From positions 6,604,389 through 6,668,388 of the forward strand of contig CM121343.1 of assembly GCA_051530055.1 (NCBI GenBank): a stretch of 64,000 bases of DNA. The letters run 5' to 3'. The stretch is from Neoechinorhynchus agilis (Eukaryota > Animalia > Acanthocephala). The notes beneath the pieces were generated by a model, which saw only the letters and a list, made by a program, of their open reading frames with translations, was not told the DNA's origin and ran no database searches. A program made the translations under genes and the position numbers. Below, piece by piece: positions 62,628-64,000 of the stretch (the stretch's first letter is position 1; every line of letters begins with the position of its first letter).

Positions 62628-63496
62628 ACTTAAAATAATTTACTGAAAAGAGAACTCAGGTTCCGAAATATTTAATTCAATAATTAATGTTTAATTCTCG
62701 GGGTGGTGACAGCTCTTCAAAAAATAATTTACTGAAAAGAGAACTCAGGTTCCGAAATATTTAATTCAATAATTAATGTTTAATTCTCGGGGTGGTGACA
62801 GCTAAAAAACAAAGAGAACTCAGGTTCCAAAATATTTAATTCAATAATTAATGTTTAATTCTCGGGGTAATGACAGCTCTTCAAAAAATAATTTACTGAA
62901 AAGAGAACTCAGGTTCCAAAATATTTAATTCAATAATTAATGTTTAATTCTCGGGGTAATGACAGCTCTTCAAAAAATAATTTACTGAAAAGAGAACTCA
63001 GGTTCCAAAATATTTAATTCAATAATTAATGTTTAATTCTCGGGGTAATGACAGCTCTTCAAAAAATAATTTACTGAAAGAAACTCAGGTTCCAAATATT
63101 TAATTCAATAATTAATGTTTAATTCTCGGGTTGACAGCTCTTCAAAAAATAATTTACTGAAAAGAGAACTCAGGTTCCGAAATATTTAATTCAATAATTA
63201 ATGTTTAATTCTCGGGGTAATGACAGCCTTCAAAAAATAATTTACTGAAGAGAGAACTCAGGTTCCAAAATATTTAATTCAATAATTAATGTTTAATTCT
63301 CGGGGTAATGACAGCTCTTCAAAAAATAATTTACTGAAGAGAGAACTCAGGTTCCAAAATATTTAATTCAATAATTAATGTTTAATTCTCGGGGTAATGA
63401 CAGCTCTTCAAAAAATAATTTACTGAAGAGAGAACTCAGGTTCCAAAATATTTAATTCAATAATTAATGTTTAATTCTAGGGGTGGTGACAGCTCA
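62628..63496 (+). repeat. Tandem array 9, 89 bp unit, ~10 copies, each carrying a hammerhead-like core
   Basis: tactgaa[a/g]agagaactcaggttcc[g/a]aaatattt at 62641, 62730, 62894, 62983 and onward. Confidence 0.93.
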
Positions 63497-64000
63497 CCGA
63501 AGACCAAAATTAGATTCCCCGAATGTAATTCTCAAAGAAAATTATAATAATTCAAAAATGTATTTCATGGACTGAATTTGGTATTTAAATTAGACGGATC
63601 AATACTATTGGTCTTGTCAGAGGATTTTCATTATATACAATATTCTTAAAGCCATCATCTACAATTTAGAGCACAATTATCGCATTGATCTTGAGCAATA
63701 ATGATTACCATAGATGTTCATAATGTTAAATGTATATTCATTAAACACGGTTTGGATATTTCTTTGAAAAGAACGAAAACTGGCGAATATTTGCATTCAT
63801 TTTAAAAGAACATTTTCTTTAACGAAAATTGCTTTTTAAGAGGATTTATAAAGAATAAGACTTATGAGCGCAAATTAAGACATAATTTTCACAAAATAAT
63901 CAGATGGAAAATTTTGTCTGGGGTTAATCAAATCGCAAGTTCAACTAATAAAAGTTTTTTAGTTCGATGATTGTGATGGAGTTATGATAAATTTTAATCT

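Noticed and set aside
975-63496. Tandem arrays as CRISPR arrays
   Set aside because: The units repeat entirely, with no unique spacers; eukaryotic context; no cas genes.

Overview
AT-rich, compact animal (holozoan-type) genomic DNA. Gene islands alternate with ten unrelated tandem arrays (24-254 bp units, about 24 kb in total) and decayed non-LTR retroelements. Recognisable genes: a PCTAIRE-type CDK, casein kinase II beta, SDHA, rabenosyn-5, PERK, cytohesin and a PWWP protein. Main observation: four otherwise intact conserved genes (CK2beta, SDHA, rabenosyn-5, PERK) are each interrupted by a sequence-unrelated insert of 60, 1192, 43 and 246 nt. None of these can be removed as a GT-AG intron without damaging a conserved protein motif. 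All share one architecture, TA-NNN-CA...(imperfect inverted repeat)...TG-NNN-TA, and precise TA-to-TA removal restores the reading frame and the conserved motif. They are candidate non-canonical hairpin introns or precisely excised IES-like DNA elements, coexisting with ordinary 40-70 nt GT-AG introns. Second theme: self-cleaving ribozymes. A twister ribozyme has its predicted cleavage site exactly at the TSD-defined 5' end of an RTE retrotransposon. Many minimal (Penelope-type) hammerhead motifs occur in head-to-head palindromes, and several satellites are amplified hammerhead-bearing units. All calls are by eye; no database search or folding was run.
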